A stretch of DNA of 64,000 nucleotides from positions 67,535 to 131,534 of the forward strand of contig BEIA01000001.1 of assembly GCA_002898715.1 (NCBI GenBank), given 5' to 3'. Below the pieces are notes generated by a model. It was not told where the DNA came from and did not search any database. It saw nothing but the letters and a program-made list of their open reading frames with translations. The DNA comes from a bacterium HR24. GTDB taxonomy: Bacteria > Chloroflexota > Dehalococcoidia > SM23-28-2 > HRBIN24. Below, piece by piece: positions 28,164-37,161 of this stretch (position 1 is its first letter; each line of letters starts with the position of its first letter). The position numbers and the translations under genes are program-made.

Positions 28164-28727
28164 ATGGTCCTGTCCGATGCGGAGATCGCCCGGCTCGTCC
28201 GCCAGGGCGAGCCGGGCATCGACCCCTTCGAGCCGGCCCTGCCGGGGCCTGCATCCCTCGACCTGCGCCTCGCCTCCAACTTCCTCCTCTTCCGGACGGC
28301 GCGCCGGCCCTAAGTGGACGTGCGCCTCCCGGCCGAGGGCCTCTACGAGCAGCTGGAGGCGGCGCCGGACGAGCCCTTTGTCCTCCAGCCAGGCGCCTTC
28401 GCCCTCGCTACCACCCTGGAGCGCCTCCCCCTGCCTGCCCACACCATGGCCAGGGTGGACGGCCGCTCGTCATTGGGCAGGCTGGGCGTCCTGGTCCACG
28501 CCACTGCCGGCCTGGTGGACCCGGGATTTGTGGGGCGCCTCACCCTGGAGCTCTCCAACCAGGCACCCCTGCCGGTGGCCCTCTACCCGGGCATGCGCAT
28601 CGCCCAGCTCTCCTTCTACCACCTCTCCTCGCCCGCCAGGCGGCCGTACGGCGAGAGGGGCGGCAGGAGCAAGTACCAGGGGCAGGACGCCCCTACCCCA
28701 TCCCTCATCCACCTCGACTTCGCCTAG
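28164..28727 (+). pseudogene. dcd: dCTP deaminase (Dcd/dUTPase fold) with in-frame TAA at 28311..28313
   Basis: MVLSDAEIARLV..GIDPFEP...PASLDLRL...FLLFR on the 5' side and ...[15 protein letters not shown]...[13 protein letters not shown]...DPGF.G.LTLE...PGMRIAQL...YQGQ...PSLIHLD on the 3' side are in the same frame. The two halves are separated by a single TAA. Confidence 0.6.
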
Positions 28728-28816
28728 ATGCCCTAACGCGCCGGCAGGAAGGGACCCTCGCCGCCAGGGGACCTCTCCATTTGCCGGCCCAGCGCCCATA
28801 CCAGGAGGTGATAGCA

Positions 28817-29079
28817 TGGTCGTGCTCCTGGGTCGCTATGGCGACCGCTACCTGCCCACCATCGCCTTCCGCAACATGCCCGCCGCCGAGGCAGCCCTGG
28901 CAAGGCTTGCCGCCTGCGCCGCCCGCCGGGGGGCAAGGGCCGAGGTGGTGGGCTCCCTCCTCATCATCGACGGCAAGGAGGCCTTCGCCCTCACCATCAC
29001 CCCCCACTGGCCGCGAGGAGAGGGGGGCCAGGCCGGCGCCGCCGTGCCTGCTGCCGTGGCCGCGATGCCATGCCCCTGA
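28817..29079 (+). CDS. hypothetical small protein
   Basis: RBS caggaggtgatagcATG. 87 aa. Confidence 0.4.
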
Positions 29080-30914
29080 ACCTGTCGGTCCTCCACCCCC
29101 GCCAGCGGGAGGCCGTCACGGCGCCCGACCAGAGGCTCCTGGTGCTCGCCGGGCCCGGCGCCGGCAAGACCCTGGTGCTCGCCTGCCGGGCCGGCTGGCT
29201 CCTGGCCGAGGGGAGGGCCCACCCGGCCCACACCACCGCCCTCACCTTCACCCAGAAGGCGGCCAGGGAGCTGCGGGCCAGGCTGCGGCTCATGCTGGGC
29301 CAGGACACGGCCCTCATCGCCGCCACCTTCCACGCCTTCGCCCTCCGCCAGATAGCCGGCCACGGCGAGCCCTTCGGCATCAGGCGCAGGCCCCTGGTCT
29401 ACGCCTCGGACCTGGAGCGCAGGGGCGCCCTCATGCGGGCCATCAGGGAGATGGGCGAGGACCCGGCCGCCTGGGACCTGGACGGGGCCCTCGCCACCAT
29501 CTCCCTCGCCAGGCGCCGGCTGCTCAGGCCCCGCGACCTGGAGCGGGACGACCCCAGGCTCGCGCGCCTCATGCGCGCCTACCAGGCGGTCATGCGGCGG
29601 GCGGGCGCCATCGACTTCGATGCCATGCTCCTCCTCCTCTACCTGCTCCTCTCGGAGCACCCCAGGGCCGCCGAGGCTATCAGGGAGGAGGCACGCCACC
29701 TGCTCCTGGACGAGGCGCAGGACCTGGAGGAGGCCCAGTGGGCCATCGTCTGGCGCCTCGCCCCCGACGGCCTCTTCGCCGTGGGCGACCCCCTGCAGAG
29801 CATCTACGCCTGGCGGGGGGCCGACCCCTCCCTCCTCGAGGCGGCAGCAGCCCGCTGCCGCGTCATCGACCTGGGCGTCTCCTTCCGCTGCCCCCCAGGG
29901 GTGCTGGCCGCCGCCAGGGAGGTGGTGAAGGGGCTCCCCTTCGCCGACCGCGAGCAGCCCAGCGCCGCCCCCGAGGGGCCGCCCATCGTGGTCTACTACG
30001 CCCGCGACCCGGAGGAGGAGGCGGCCTTCGTCGCCCGCGAGATACGCCGCCTCCTCAAGGAGGGCGCCATCGGCTCGCCGGCCGATGCCGCCGTCCTCTT
30101 CCGGGCCAACCACCAGGCGCGCGAGCTGGAGGCGGCCTTCGCCCAGGCGCGCCTCCCCTACCAGGTGCGCGGGGACTACGACCTCTTCTCCGCCCGCGAG
30201 GTGCGGGAGACCACCGCCCTCCTCGCCCTGACGGTCCACCCCGACGACCCCCAGGCCCTCGCCACCGCCCTCTCGGCCCGCCCCTACCGGTGCGACGACC
30301 TGGCCAGGCGCCTCCGCTACGGCGACGGCGCCGCCCTGTCGGAGCTCGCAGCTGCCCCCGACCTCCCGCCCTCGGCCAGGGGGGCCGTAGCCTCCCTCCT
30401 GCGGGCCATCGACGAGCTGCGCCGCCTGGAGGACGCCCCCGCCGAGGCGGTCCTACGGGAGGCGGCGAGGCTTGCCGGCTACGACCCGACAAGGCCGCCC
30501 GCCACCCTGGGCGCCGTCATGCGCCTGGCCAGGAACATGCCCGGCGCAGGGCCCCAGGCCCTCTTGGAGGAGCTCTGGCTCCTCAGGGAGGAGCTGGAGA
30601 GGGGCGATGAGGAGGGGGTATCCCTCCTCACCATCCACGCCGCCAAGGGGCTCGAGTGGGACGCCGTCTTCGTGGTGGGCCTCGCCGCCGACCTCCTGCC
30701 CCACCGCCGGAGCCTGGAGGAGAAGGGCGAGGAGGCCCTGGCCGAGGAGAGGCGCCTCCTCTATGTGGCCATGACCAGGACCAGGGAGCGCCTCTACCTG
30801 ACCACCCACCGCTACCGCACCTCCCAGGACGGCGCCAGGGCGACGGCCGTCGCCCCCTCGCCCTTCCTCAAGCTCCTGCCGGCCGAGCTGGTAGAGGTAC
30901 GGCGGAGCATCTAG
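29070..30914 (+). CDS. UvrD/PcrA/Rep-family (SF1) DNA helicase
   Basis: Walker A LAGPGAGKT, motif Ia TFTQKAARELRARL, motif II LLLDEAQD, motif V/VI ...LTIHAAKGLEWDAVFVVGL. Confidence 0.8.
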   Translation: MPLNLSVLHPRQREAVTAPDQRLLVLAGPGAGKTLVLACRAGWLLAEGRAHPAHTTALTFTQKAARELRARLRLMLGQDTALIAATFHAFALRQIAGHGEPFGIRRRPLVYASDLERRGALMRAIREMGEDPAAWDLDGALATISLARRRLLRPRDLERDDPRLARLMRAYQAVMRRAGAIDFDAMLLLLYLLLSEHPRAAEAIREEARHLLLDEAQDLEEAQWAIVWRLAPDGLFAVGDPLQSIYAWRGADPSLLEAAAARCRVIDLGVSFRCPPGVLAAAREVVKGLPFADREQPSAAPEGPPIVVYYARDPEEEAAFVAREIRRLLKEGAIGSPADAAVLFRANHQARELEAAFAQARLPYQVRGDYDLFSAREVRETTALLALTVHPDDPQALATALSARPYRCDDLARRLRYGDGAALSELAAAPDLPPSARGAVASLLRAIDELRRLEDAPAEAVLREAARLAGYDPTRPPATLGAVMRLARNMPGAGPQALLEELWLLREELERGDEEGVSLLTIHAAKGLEWDAVFVVGLAADLLPHRRSLEEKGEEALAEERRLLYVAMTRTRERLYLTTHRYRTSQDGARATAVAPSPFLKLLPAELVEVRRSI

Positions 30915-30940
30915 CAGCAGTGCGCAAGGAGGTGGGAGAT

Positions 30941-31009
30941 ATGACCATGAGCTGCCCCACGAGCTGCCCCTGTCCTGCCGCGGCTGCCGCCTGCCCCTCC
31001 GGCAGGTAG
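30941..31009 (+). CDS. 22-aa Cys/Pro-rich micro-ORF (leader-peptide-like)
   Basis: Strong RBS gcaaggaggtgggagatATG. It encodes MTMSCPTSCPCPAAAAACPSGR*. Its TAG stop abuts the ATG of the next ORF (TAGATG). Confidence 0.25.
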   Translation: MTMSCPTSCPCPAAAAACPSGR

Positions 31010-32089
31010 ATGCCCATGCAGCCGCTGCACCTGGAGCTCACCGTGGCCCCCATCGGGGGGCGCCACCATGGCCGCCATGAGGGCGGCAGGCGGGCAGCGC
31101 CGCCGCCCACGGGGCCGGCCGCCACCTGGCCAGAGGAGACCGAGATCGACCCCGGCGCCCTCCTGCCCCGCCCCGGCCGGCCCATACGCTCCCACCCGCC
31201 GCCGGTCCAGAGAGAGGAGGATGCCCCCCGGCGGCCGCCCTCTGGCCCCGACTACCCCTGGAGCCGGGGCAGGAGCTTTATGTTCTGCGTCCAGCACACA
31301 GGGAGCGAGGAGGACACCCAAATCCCCTACCCCGTCCTCGTCCACGACGAGGACGGCCACAGGGGTGCCCCCTGCAGCGGGCCGGGCCACGACGCGCCGG
31401 GCGTGGCGCGCCACATCGTCGCCAATTCGGCCATCGCCGCCGTCGCCTACGCCCTGGGCCTGAACGAGCTCCAGGCCCGGGCCTGGTGGGAGCGGGGCTG
31501 GATCCTGGTGGAGGGGCGGCCGGCCCGGCCGGATGCAACCCCACCGCCGGGAGGCGTCCTCACCATCAGGCGCCGGCCCTGGCACGACCCCAGCGGCAGG
31601 GAGCTCCTGGCGCCGCCCGGCGGGCCCCGGCCGGAGGAGGGGAGCTACGTGCTCATCCAATGGTGCGTCCGGGCGCCGGGGCGGCGGGACATGCCCATCC
31701 CCGCCCAGGTCCACGCCTGCCAGGACCATATGGGCAGGCCGTGCCCCCCGCCGGCGCCATGGCTCCCTGCCCGGAGCCGCCACCTGCACGTGGTGGCCAA
31801 GAGCCCGGCAGGCGCCATCTCGCGCGCCCTGGGCATCGCCCGCAAGACGTCCAAGCGGCTCGTCCTCCGAGGGGCCGTTCTCTTAGAGGGTGAGACGGCC
31901 CGGCGCTTCTCGGCCGAGCGGCGCCGGCCGTCCGGGCAGCGGCCTGCCGCCGCCCAAGGCGCACCGCCGCCCGGCCACGAGCCGCCTCCCCCGCCTGGAG
32001 AGGGGGCGCCGGCGCCCCAGGGGGAGGCGTGCGTCGCCAAGGGCATCAGCGTCTCCCTCAACGTCGAGGCGCCCTGGAGCTGCCGCTAG
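31010..32089 (+). CDS. hypothetical protein (partly low-complexity)
   Basis: 359 aa. The central region (FMFCVQHTGSEED...VANSAIAAVAYALGLNELQARAWWERGW) looks protein-like. It is followed by an AT-rich hairpin terminator. Confidence 0.3.
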   Translation: MPMQPLHLELTVAPIGGRHHGRHEGGRRAAPPPTGPAATWPEETEIDPGALLPRPGRPIRSHPPPVQREEDAPRRPPSGPDYPWSRGRSFMFCVQHTGSEEDTQIPYPVLVHDEDGHRGAPCSGPGHDAPGVARHIVANSAIAAVAYALGLNELQARAWWERGWILVEGRPARPDATPPPGGVLTIRRRPWHDPSGRELLAPPGGPRPEEGSYVLIQWCVRAPGRRDMPIPAQVHACQDHMGRPCPPPAPWLPARSRHLHVVAKSPAGAISRALGIARKTSKRLVLRGAVLLEGETARRFSAERRRPSGQRPAAAQGAPPPGHEPPPPPGEGAPAPQGEACVAKGISVSLNVEAPWSCR

Positions 32090-32159
32090 CCGCTCCGGGG
32101 CGCCCCCCACGGCCTATGGGCGGGGGCTGCCGGCAGGCCCGCGGCGCCCCCGCCCACAG

Positions 32160-32196
32160 GTCGCCAAAAAGAGGGCGGCCTTCTTTTTTTATGCCC
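32160..32196 (+). terminator. AT-rich stem-loop plus T-tract (intrinsic-terminator-like) in a 70% GC background
   Basis: ccAAAAAGAGGgcggCCTTCTTTTTTTat. Confidence 0.5.
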
Positions 32197-32283
32197 TTTT
32201 CGAGGACGGGCCGGCAAGGCACCCCTCCACGGTAACAGCCCCGTCCCTGCCGGTCTCCCTTTCTGTGGGGAGCCGCTGAGGCC

Positions 32284-34452
32284 ATGCGCTCCGTCGCCTC
32301 GCCCCTGTCGCGGCCTGTTTGGGCGCCGCTCTTGGCGGCCCTGGCAGCAGCGGCCGTCATCGCCTGGACAGGGCACGGCACCGGCGACCCGGCCGAGATG
32401 GGCACACTACTGGCAGCTGCCCGCAGCGCCCTCGTCGCCGGCCCACACCTGCCTGCCAAACTCGATCCCGGCCTGGCGGCGGAGGCGCAGGCCGGTGAGC
32501 AGGTACGGGTAGTCGTCCGCTCCACGCCCGGAGCGCGCGCCCAGGTCGAGGCGGCGGTAGCGGGCCTCGGCGGCACGGTGGAGGTAGGGAGCGGCGACTG
32601 GCTGCAGGCGGTGGTGCCACCGGCAGCGCTGGAAGACCTGGTGCGCCTGCCGTCGGTAGTGCGGATAGACAGGCCGCTGCCCATGCTCCCTGCCGGGCCG
32701 GTGAGCGAAGGTTTCCGGACCATGGCCCTGGAGCCGGCGCCACCCTTCCCGGGCGCCGGCGCAGGGGTGAAGATCGGCATCATCGACTCCTTTGGCGACT
32801 ACCAACGACTCGTAGGCAGCGAGCTGCCGCCGCCGGAGCGGCTGGTATACCGTAGCTTCACACCCAACCCCGGCCAGAGCCGCCACGACACCGCCGTGGC
32901 CGAGGTGGTGTATGACGCCGCCCCCGGAGCCACCCTCTACCTGGCCGAGGCAACTACCATCCCCGAGGTGGCAGCGGCAGTGGACTGGCTCCTACAGCAA
33001 GGCGTCCAGGTCATCAACATGTCCATGAACGCCCCCTTCGCTCCTCCCAGCGACGGCAACGGCCTGGACGCCCTCACCGTGGAGAAGGCCGCCCGCCAGG
33101 GGGCGGTCTGGGTCAACGCCGGCGGCAACTTCGCCAACAAGCACTGGCTGGGCGACTGGCGGGACGCCAACGGCAACGGCCTGCAGGACTTCGCCCCCGG
33201 CAGCGATGTCAACCGCATGCTGGTGCCGGCGGGGCGGCCGGTGGGCTTCATGGTGGTGCTACGCTGGAACGACCCCTGGGGCGGGTCTTGCAACGACTAC
33301 GACCTGACCGTGTCCTGGAACGACCCCACCTACGGCCCCCAGGCCGTCTCTGCTACCGCCACCCAGGACTGCAGCAGCGGCGCCCAGCCTCTGGAGGTGG
33401 CCACGGGCAACGCCGTCTCCGCCGACGGCACCCTGGCGGTGGCTATCAGCCGGCGGGGCAATGCCCAGCCCAGGCGACTGGAGCTGTTCGTGTGGGGGGG
33501 CACCCTGGAGAACAGCGTGCCCACTTATAGCGTGGCGCCGCCGGCCGACAGCGCCAACGCTCTGGCAGCGGGGGCGGTGGCCAGTTGGGATGCCAGCTTC
33601 CTGCAGCCCTACAGCGGCCGCGGCCCGGCCTGGACGGGCGCGGTGAAGCCGGACTTCGTAGCGCCCGACGTGGTCAGCACCGCCACCTTCGGGCCCATGG
33701 GCTTCGCCGGCACCTCGGCAGCAGCACCCCACCTGGCGGCGGTGGTGGCCCTGGTGAAGCAGGCATACCCATCCTGGGGGCCGGCACAGGTGCGGGCGTA
33801 CCTGAGGGAGCGCGCCCTCGACCTGGGCACGCCCGGCGCCGACAATGACTACGGCTACGGCCTGGTGTACATGGGCGGCGGGTTACCCTTCGGCCTGCCC
33901 CAGCCGCCGGCTGGTCCCGCCATCCATCCGCTAGACGATGCCCGCGCCTGGATAACCTGGGGCGCACCGGCCGAGGCCACGACCTACCGCATCTGTCGAA
34001 GCCCCTCTCCCACCTTCGACGCCGGCGTCGCCTGCACCGACCGGTCCGCCGACGGCTACAGCTTCGCCGTGGTGGACGTGCCCAGCGGCGACCTGGAGAC
34101 TCACTACTACCGCCTACAGGCCTGCAACCCCTTCGGCTGCTCAGCGCCGGTGCCAGCAGGGGGCATCGTGCGGCGGCAGTGGCCGGACGCGACCGGTTGG
34201 GACTTCTACGCCACCGTCAGCACGTATGCCGGCTACACGATAGTCAAGGCGCGCAACCTGCGTGCCACCGGCAGCGCCGACCTGGAGCTCTACCAGGGGC
34301 TGCAGGGCTTCCCGGGCGCCCTGCTGCGTCACACCTGCGCCGGCCTGGCGCCGGCAGCCCAGTGCGAGGCGGTCTGGCCGGGCGGCGGCTTCGTGAGCGT
34401 GGCCCAGGCGCTCGGGCCGTGGCGGGTGGGCGCCGGCCTCCTCCCTCCCTGA
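32284..34452 (+). CDS. secreted subtilisin-like serine peptidase (S8 family) with C-terminal FN3-like and PPC-like domains
   Basis: Signal peptide. Catalytic triad motifs GIIDSFG (Asp), HDTAVAEV (His) and GTSAAAPHLAAVVAL (Ser). The C-terminal 170 aa are shared with the giant protein at 37162..43416. Confidence 0.8.
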   Translation: MRSVASPLSRPVWAPLLAALAAAAVIAWTGHGTGDPAEMGTLLAAARSALVAGPHLPAKLDPGLAAEAQAGEQVRVVVRSTPGARAQVEAAVAGLGGTVEVGSGDWLQAVVPPAALEDLVRLPSVVRIDRPLPMLPAGPVSEGFRTMALEPAPPFPGAGAGVKIGIIDSFGDYQRLVGSELPPPERLVYRSFTPNPGQSRHDTAVAEVVYDAAPGATLYLAEATTIPEVAAAVDWLLQQGVQVINMSMNAPFAPPSDGNGLDALTVEKAARQGAVWVNAGGNFANKHWLGDWRDANGNGLQDFAPGSDVNRMLVPAGRPVGFMVVLRWNDPWGGSCNDYDLTVSWNDPTYGPQAVSATATQDCSSGAQPLEVATGNAVSADGTLAVAISRRGNAQPRRLELFVWGGTLENSVPTYSVAPPADSANALAAGAVASWDASFLQPYSGRGPAWTGAVKPDFVAPDVVSTATFGPMGFAGTSAAAPHLAAVVALVKQAYPSWGPAQVRAYLRERALDLGTPGADNDYGYGLVYMGGGLPFGLPQPPAGPAIHPLDDARAWITWGAPAEATTYRICRSPSPTFDAGVACTDRSADGYSFAVVDVPSGDLETHYYRLQACNPFGCSAPVPAGGIVRRQWPDATGWDFYATVSTYAGYTIVKARNLRATGSADLELYQGLQGFPGALLRHTCAGLAPAAQCEAVWPGGGFVSVAQALGPWRVGAGLLPP

Positions 34453-34509
34453 TGCCATCAGGTGCTGACGACGGGACCACGACGGTAGGACCTGCCCAGA
34501 GAATACGGT

Positions 34510-34905
34510 AGCAAGACCGACTGCCGCCGGAGGCTTCGGGAGTGGCAGAGGCAAGGGGTGTGGGGGAGGGCCTTCCTGGACAACGCCTTCGCGCCTGCCA
34601 AGAGCGGGAGGCTCACCCGCAGGGGGAAGGGGAGCAAGGTGATGCTGGTGGTCGAGAGACAAGGCCTTCCCCTGGGGGTGCTGGTGGAGAGCGCCCAGAA
34701 GGCGGAGGTGAGGCTGGCGGAGTCCATCCCTCTGTCGGCTGAAGCTGATAGGGTCCTGCACCCGTTTTCTATGAGGGCAGAGGACAGGCCGAGGTTGACC
34801 AGACAGGGGCTGTCCACCCCCTGGCCCTATTGTCGCGGTCGATACGGTCCCGGTGATGGGGCGAAGCGAGGCCACTCGCCTACCTGGGGCCTCGACCTCT
34901 TCTAA
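34510..34905 (+). pseudogene. IS5-family (IS4/IS5 superfamily) transposase remnant
   Basis: ...RRRLREWQRQGVWGRAFLDNAFAPAKSG...GKGSKVMLVVERQGLPLGVLVESAQKAEVRLAESI matches the middle of IS5-family transposases. The N-terminus is missing (TAG just upstream) and the C-terminus has degenerated. Confidence 0.5.
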
Positions 34906-35035
34906 CAGCCAAGTCGGGACCTGGCTAGGTGGTGGACGAGGTAGCACACGGGATAGAGCCGCTCGACGTGCTCGCCCGGTCAGAACCTGGACAGGTGGTG
35001 GACGTAAGAAGGCGACGGCTTTAGCCGACGGGAGT

Positions 35036-35440
35036 TCACGCGGCGCCGGCGCCTGGAGATAAAGCGTCGCTACCCCGCCGCCATCGTCCTCTTACGCCTG
35101 GGCGACTTCTACGAGACCTTCGACGGCGCCCAGGTGGTGGTGCGGGAGCTGGGCATCGCCTCCACCTCCCGGCCGGTGGGCAAGGGCAAGCGGGTGCCCC
35201 TGGCCGCCATCCCCCATCACGCACTGGAGTCCCACCTGGGCCGCCTCATCGCCGTCGGCCACGAGGCGGCGCCGTCGGCCACGAGGCGGCCATCGGCGAG
35301 CAGATGGAGGTGCCCGGCAAGGGGAAGCGGCTGCTGCCACGAGAGCTGGTGCGGGTCGTCACCCCCGGCACGGTGGTGGAGGAGGCCCTTCTGCCCCAGC
35401 GGGAGAGCATCTACCCGGTCACCCCGGCGCTGAACGCCCC
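35036..35440 (+). pseudogene. mutS: mutS remnant (mismatch-binding domain I only) with 20-bp tandem duplication
   Basis: RRRRLEIKRRYPAAIVLLRLGDFYETFDGAQVVVRELGIASTSR...VPLAAIPHHALESHLGRLIAVGHEAA matches the MutS N-terminus (TPMMRQYLEIK...FYRMGDFYELF...PMAGIPYHA...YL.KLV..G..VAICEQ). GCCGTCGGCCACGAGGCGGC is present twice in tandem, shifting the frame. After the duplicate the MutS frame resumes (IGEQMEVPGKGKRLLPRELVRVVTPGT). Similarity is lost near 35440. Confidence 0.6.
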
Positions 35441-35449
35441 GGCTGCAGG

Positions 35450-36811
35450 TCAGGTCGCCCGAGAGGGCCTGCTTATGCCACCCCCGTCCCCATCGGACGC
35501 CCGCCCCCGCCCGTTGAGGAGGGCTGCCGCCTCCAGGCGGCCCCGCACACCCAGCTTGCGGTAGGCCCTCTCCAGCACCTTCCGCACCGTCCCCCCGCTC
35601 AGGCCCGTCATGACGGCGATCTCCTTGTTGCTGAGACCCCGCACCGCCAGGGACAACACCTGGGCCTCCCGACGGCTGAGGCCGAGACCGTCGGGGGAGG
35701 CCGGGGCGGCAGCCGGCGCTGCGCTCCCCTCTCTCCCCTCCGTCCAGGCCGGCAGGACAAGGGCAGCCAGAAGCAGGCAGGCAGCCGCTGCCAGGGCCAC
35801 CTCCTCCTCCCTCCCCTGGGCCGCTGCCGCCCAGCGCTCCCCCAGGGCCATGCCGGCGAAGATGGCCGTCACCATGGCCCCCAGGCCCAGCCCCAGGGAT
35901 ACGGGCGGCCTCCTCCCGTCGGCGAAGGCCCCCCAGAGGGGCACGTCCAGGAAGGCGTAGCCCCCCACCACCAGCCCCTGCGCCGCCAGCTCCCGGCTGC
36001 CCCCTCCGGCCAAGGCCCAGGCCACGAACCCCAGCCCCAGGAGGGCCGGCCCCGGCCGCAGGGCCCGGGCCCATCCCCAGCGAACTGCCGCCCAGGCGGC
36101 CAGGGGCAGAAGGGCCATGTAGGGCAGCACCCCCATGTGCAGGCCCAGACCGCCCAGGGTGGGCAACACCAGCGAGTACATGAGGCCGCCCACCAGGTAG
36201 GTGGCGAAGGCGGCCGGGACGAGCGCCGGCAGGGGCCACCAGGAACTCTGGGCCCTCTCTTCCTCCCCTGCGGCCCGGGGGAGCAGGAGCGGGACCATGA
36301 GGGGCCCCAGGGCCAGGGCTGCTGCCAGGGGCCGGTCGGGCAAGGGCGCCTCGGGCAGGGCGGCCACATACAGGGGGACGTTGGCCAGCAGGGCCCCCAG
36401 GGCGATGGCCCAGGGCCTCTCCGCCCCGGGGAGGCGGGCGATGCTGCAGGCCACCACCAGGACGGCCGCTGCCGAGGTCGCCCCGGCCAAGAGCAGAAGG
36501 GGGGGCCACCACCCGGTGGGGGCGGCCGCCAGCAGGAGGCCCAGGGCAGCGGTGACGGGCCCTGCCCAGGGGCACAGGCCGGGAAGGGGGCCCCGGAGGG
36601 ACCACAGCCCCAGGGCCAGGAGGGAGAGGCCGTGGGCCAGGGCGAAGGCCTCGGCCGCCGTAAGGGCCCCCAGGCCGGGGGCGGAGGAGCGGGCAAGCAC
36701 CGGCCCCGAGAGGGGGACCGAGAGGAGCCAGGCGAAAAGCAGCCCCAGCGCCAGGGCGGCCGAGGCGAGACGGCCCCGGCCTGTGCCCATACGAAGGCTG
36801 GCGACATCCAC
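35450..36811 (-). CDS. membrane-embedded LuxR-family transcriptional regulator (multi-TM N-terminus plus C-terminal HTH)
   Basis: About 10 predicted hydrophobic helices, then LSRREAQVLSLAVRGLSNKEIAVMTGLSGGTVRKVLERAYRKLGV (LuxR/GerE HTH). Confidence 0.6.
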   Translation of the reverse strand: MDVASLRMGTGRGRLASAALALGLLFAWLLSVPLSGPVLARSSAPGLGALTAAEAFALAHGLSLLALGLWSLRGPLPGLCPWAGPVTAALGLLLAAAPTGWWPPLLLLAGATSAAAVLVVACSIARLPGAERPWAIALGALLANVPLYVAALPEAPLPDRPLAAALALGPLMVPLLLPRAAGEEERAQSSWWPLPALVPAAFATYLVGGLMYSLVLPTLGGLGLHMGVLPYMALLPLAAWAAVRWGWARALRPGPALLGLGFVAWALAGGGSRELAAQGLVVGGYAFLDVPLWGAFADGRRPPVSLGLGLGAMVTAIFAGMALGERWAAAAQGREEEVALAAAACLLLAALVLPAWTEGREGSAAPAAAPASPDGLGLSRREAQVLSLAVRGLSNKEIAVMTGLSGGTVRKVLERAYRKLGVRGRLEAAALLNGRGRASDGDGGGISRPSRAT

Positions 36812-36978
36812 GCTGCCTGCCTCGAGACGGCAGCGCCGGCAGGAGCAGGTGCCCCCGGCCTGCCTGCACCTGGCGCCATTATAGCCTGCCGGTCATAGGC
36901 ATCGCTACCAAGTGACGACCGCCGGCCACACCGCCTCGGCCCGGCCTCGAGGGGCCGCCGCCCTCTTCGCCCAGGGCA

Positions 36979-37032
36979 TGTACGTCAAATTGCGTACAAG
37001 GGAAAGGGCCGATGTACGTCATTTTGCGTACA
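36979..37032. promoter_or_regulatory. two tandem 20-bp palindromes TGTACGtcaaattgCGTACA / TGTACGtcattttgCGTACA (lux-box-like)
   Basis: Perfect 6-bp inverted arms with 8-bp spacers. The copies are 34 bp apart. They lie in the divergent intergenic region between the LuxR gene (minus strand) and the 2084-aa surface protein gene (plus strand). Confidence 0.6.
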
Positions 37033-37161
37033 AGCGACCCCTTGCCTCGGGCCGGCCATCTGTTGCACACATGGCCCTAGGGCGCCTGCCCCGGGCCTGC
37101 CCCCGGCCTGCCAGCACCTCGGCACGGCCCGCGGCGGCGCCCCCCGGAGAGGCAAGCAGGG

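Noticed and set aside
28781-30610. 609-aa plus-strand ORF overlapping the UvrD-like gene
   Set aside because: Out-of-frame with the helicase motifs, poly-Gly/Pro/Arg composition. The UvrD frame (29070..30914) carries all the SF1 motifs.
35217-36869. 550-aa minus ORF and 36137..36898 plus ORF overlapping the LuxR membrane gene
   Set aside because: Alternative frames of the same region with R/G/P bias. Only the 35450..36811 frame gives TM helices and a LuxR HTH.
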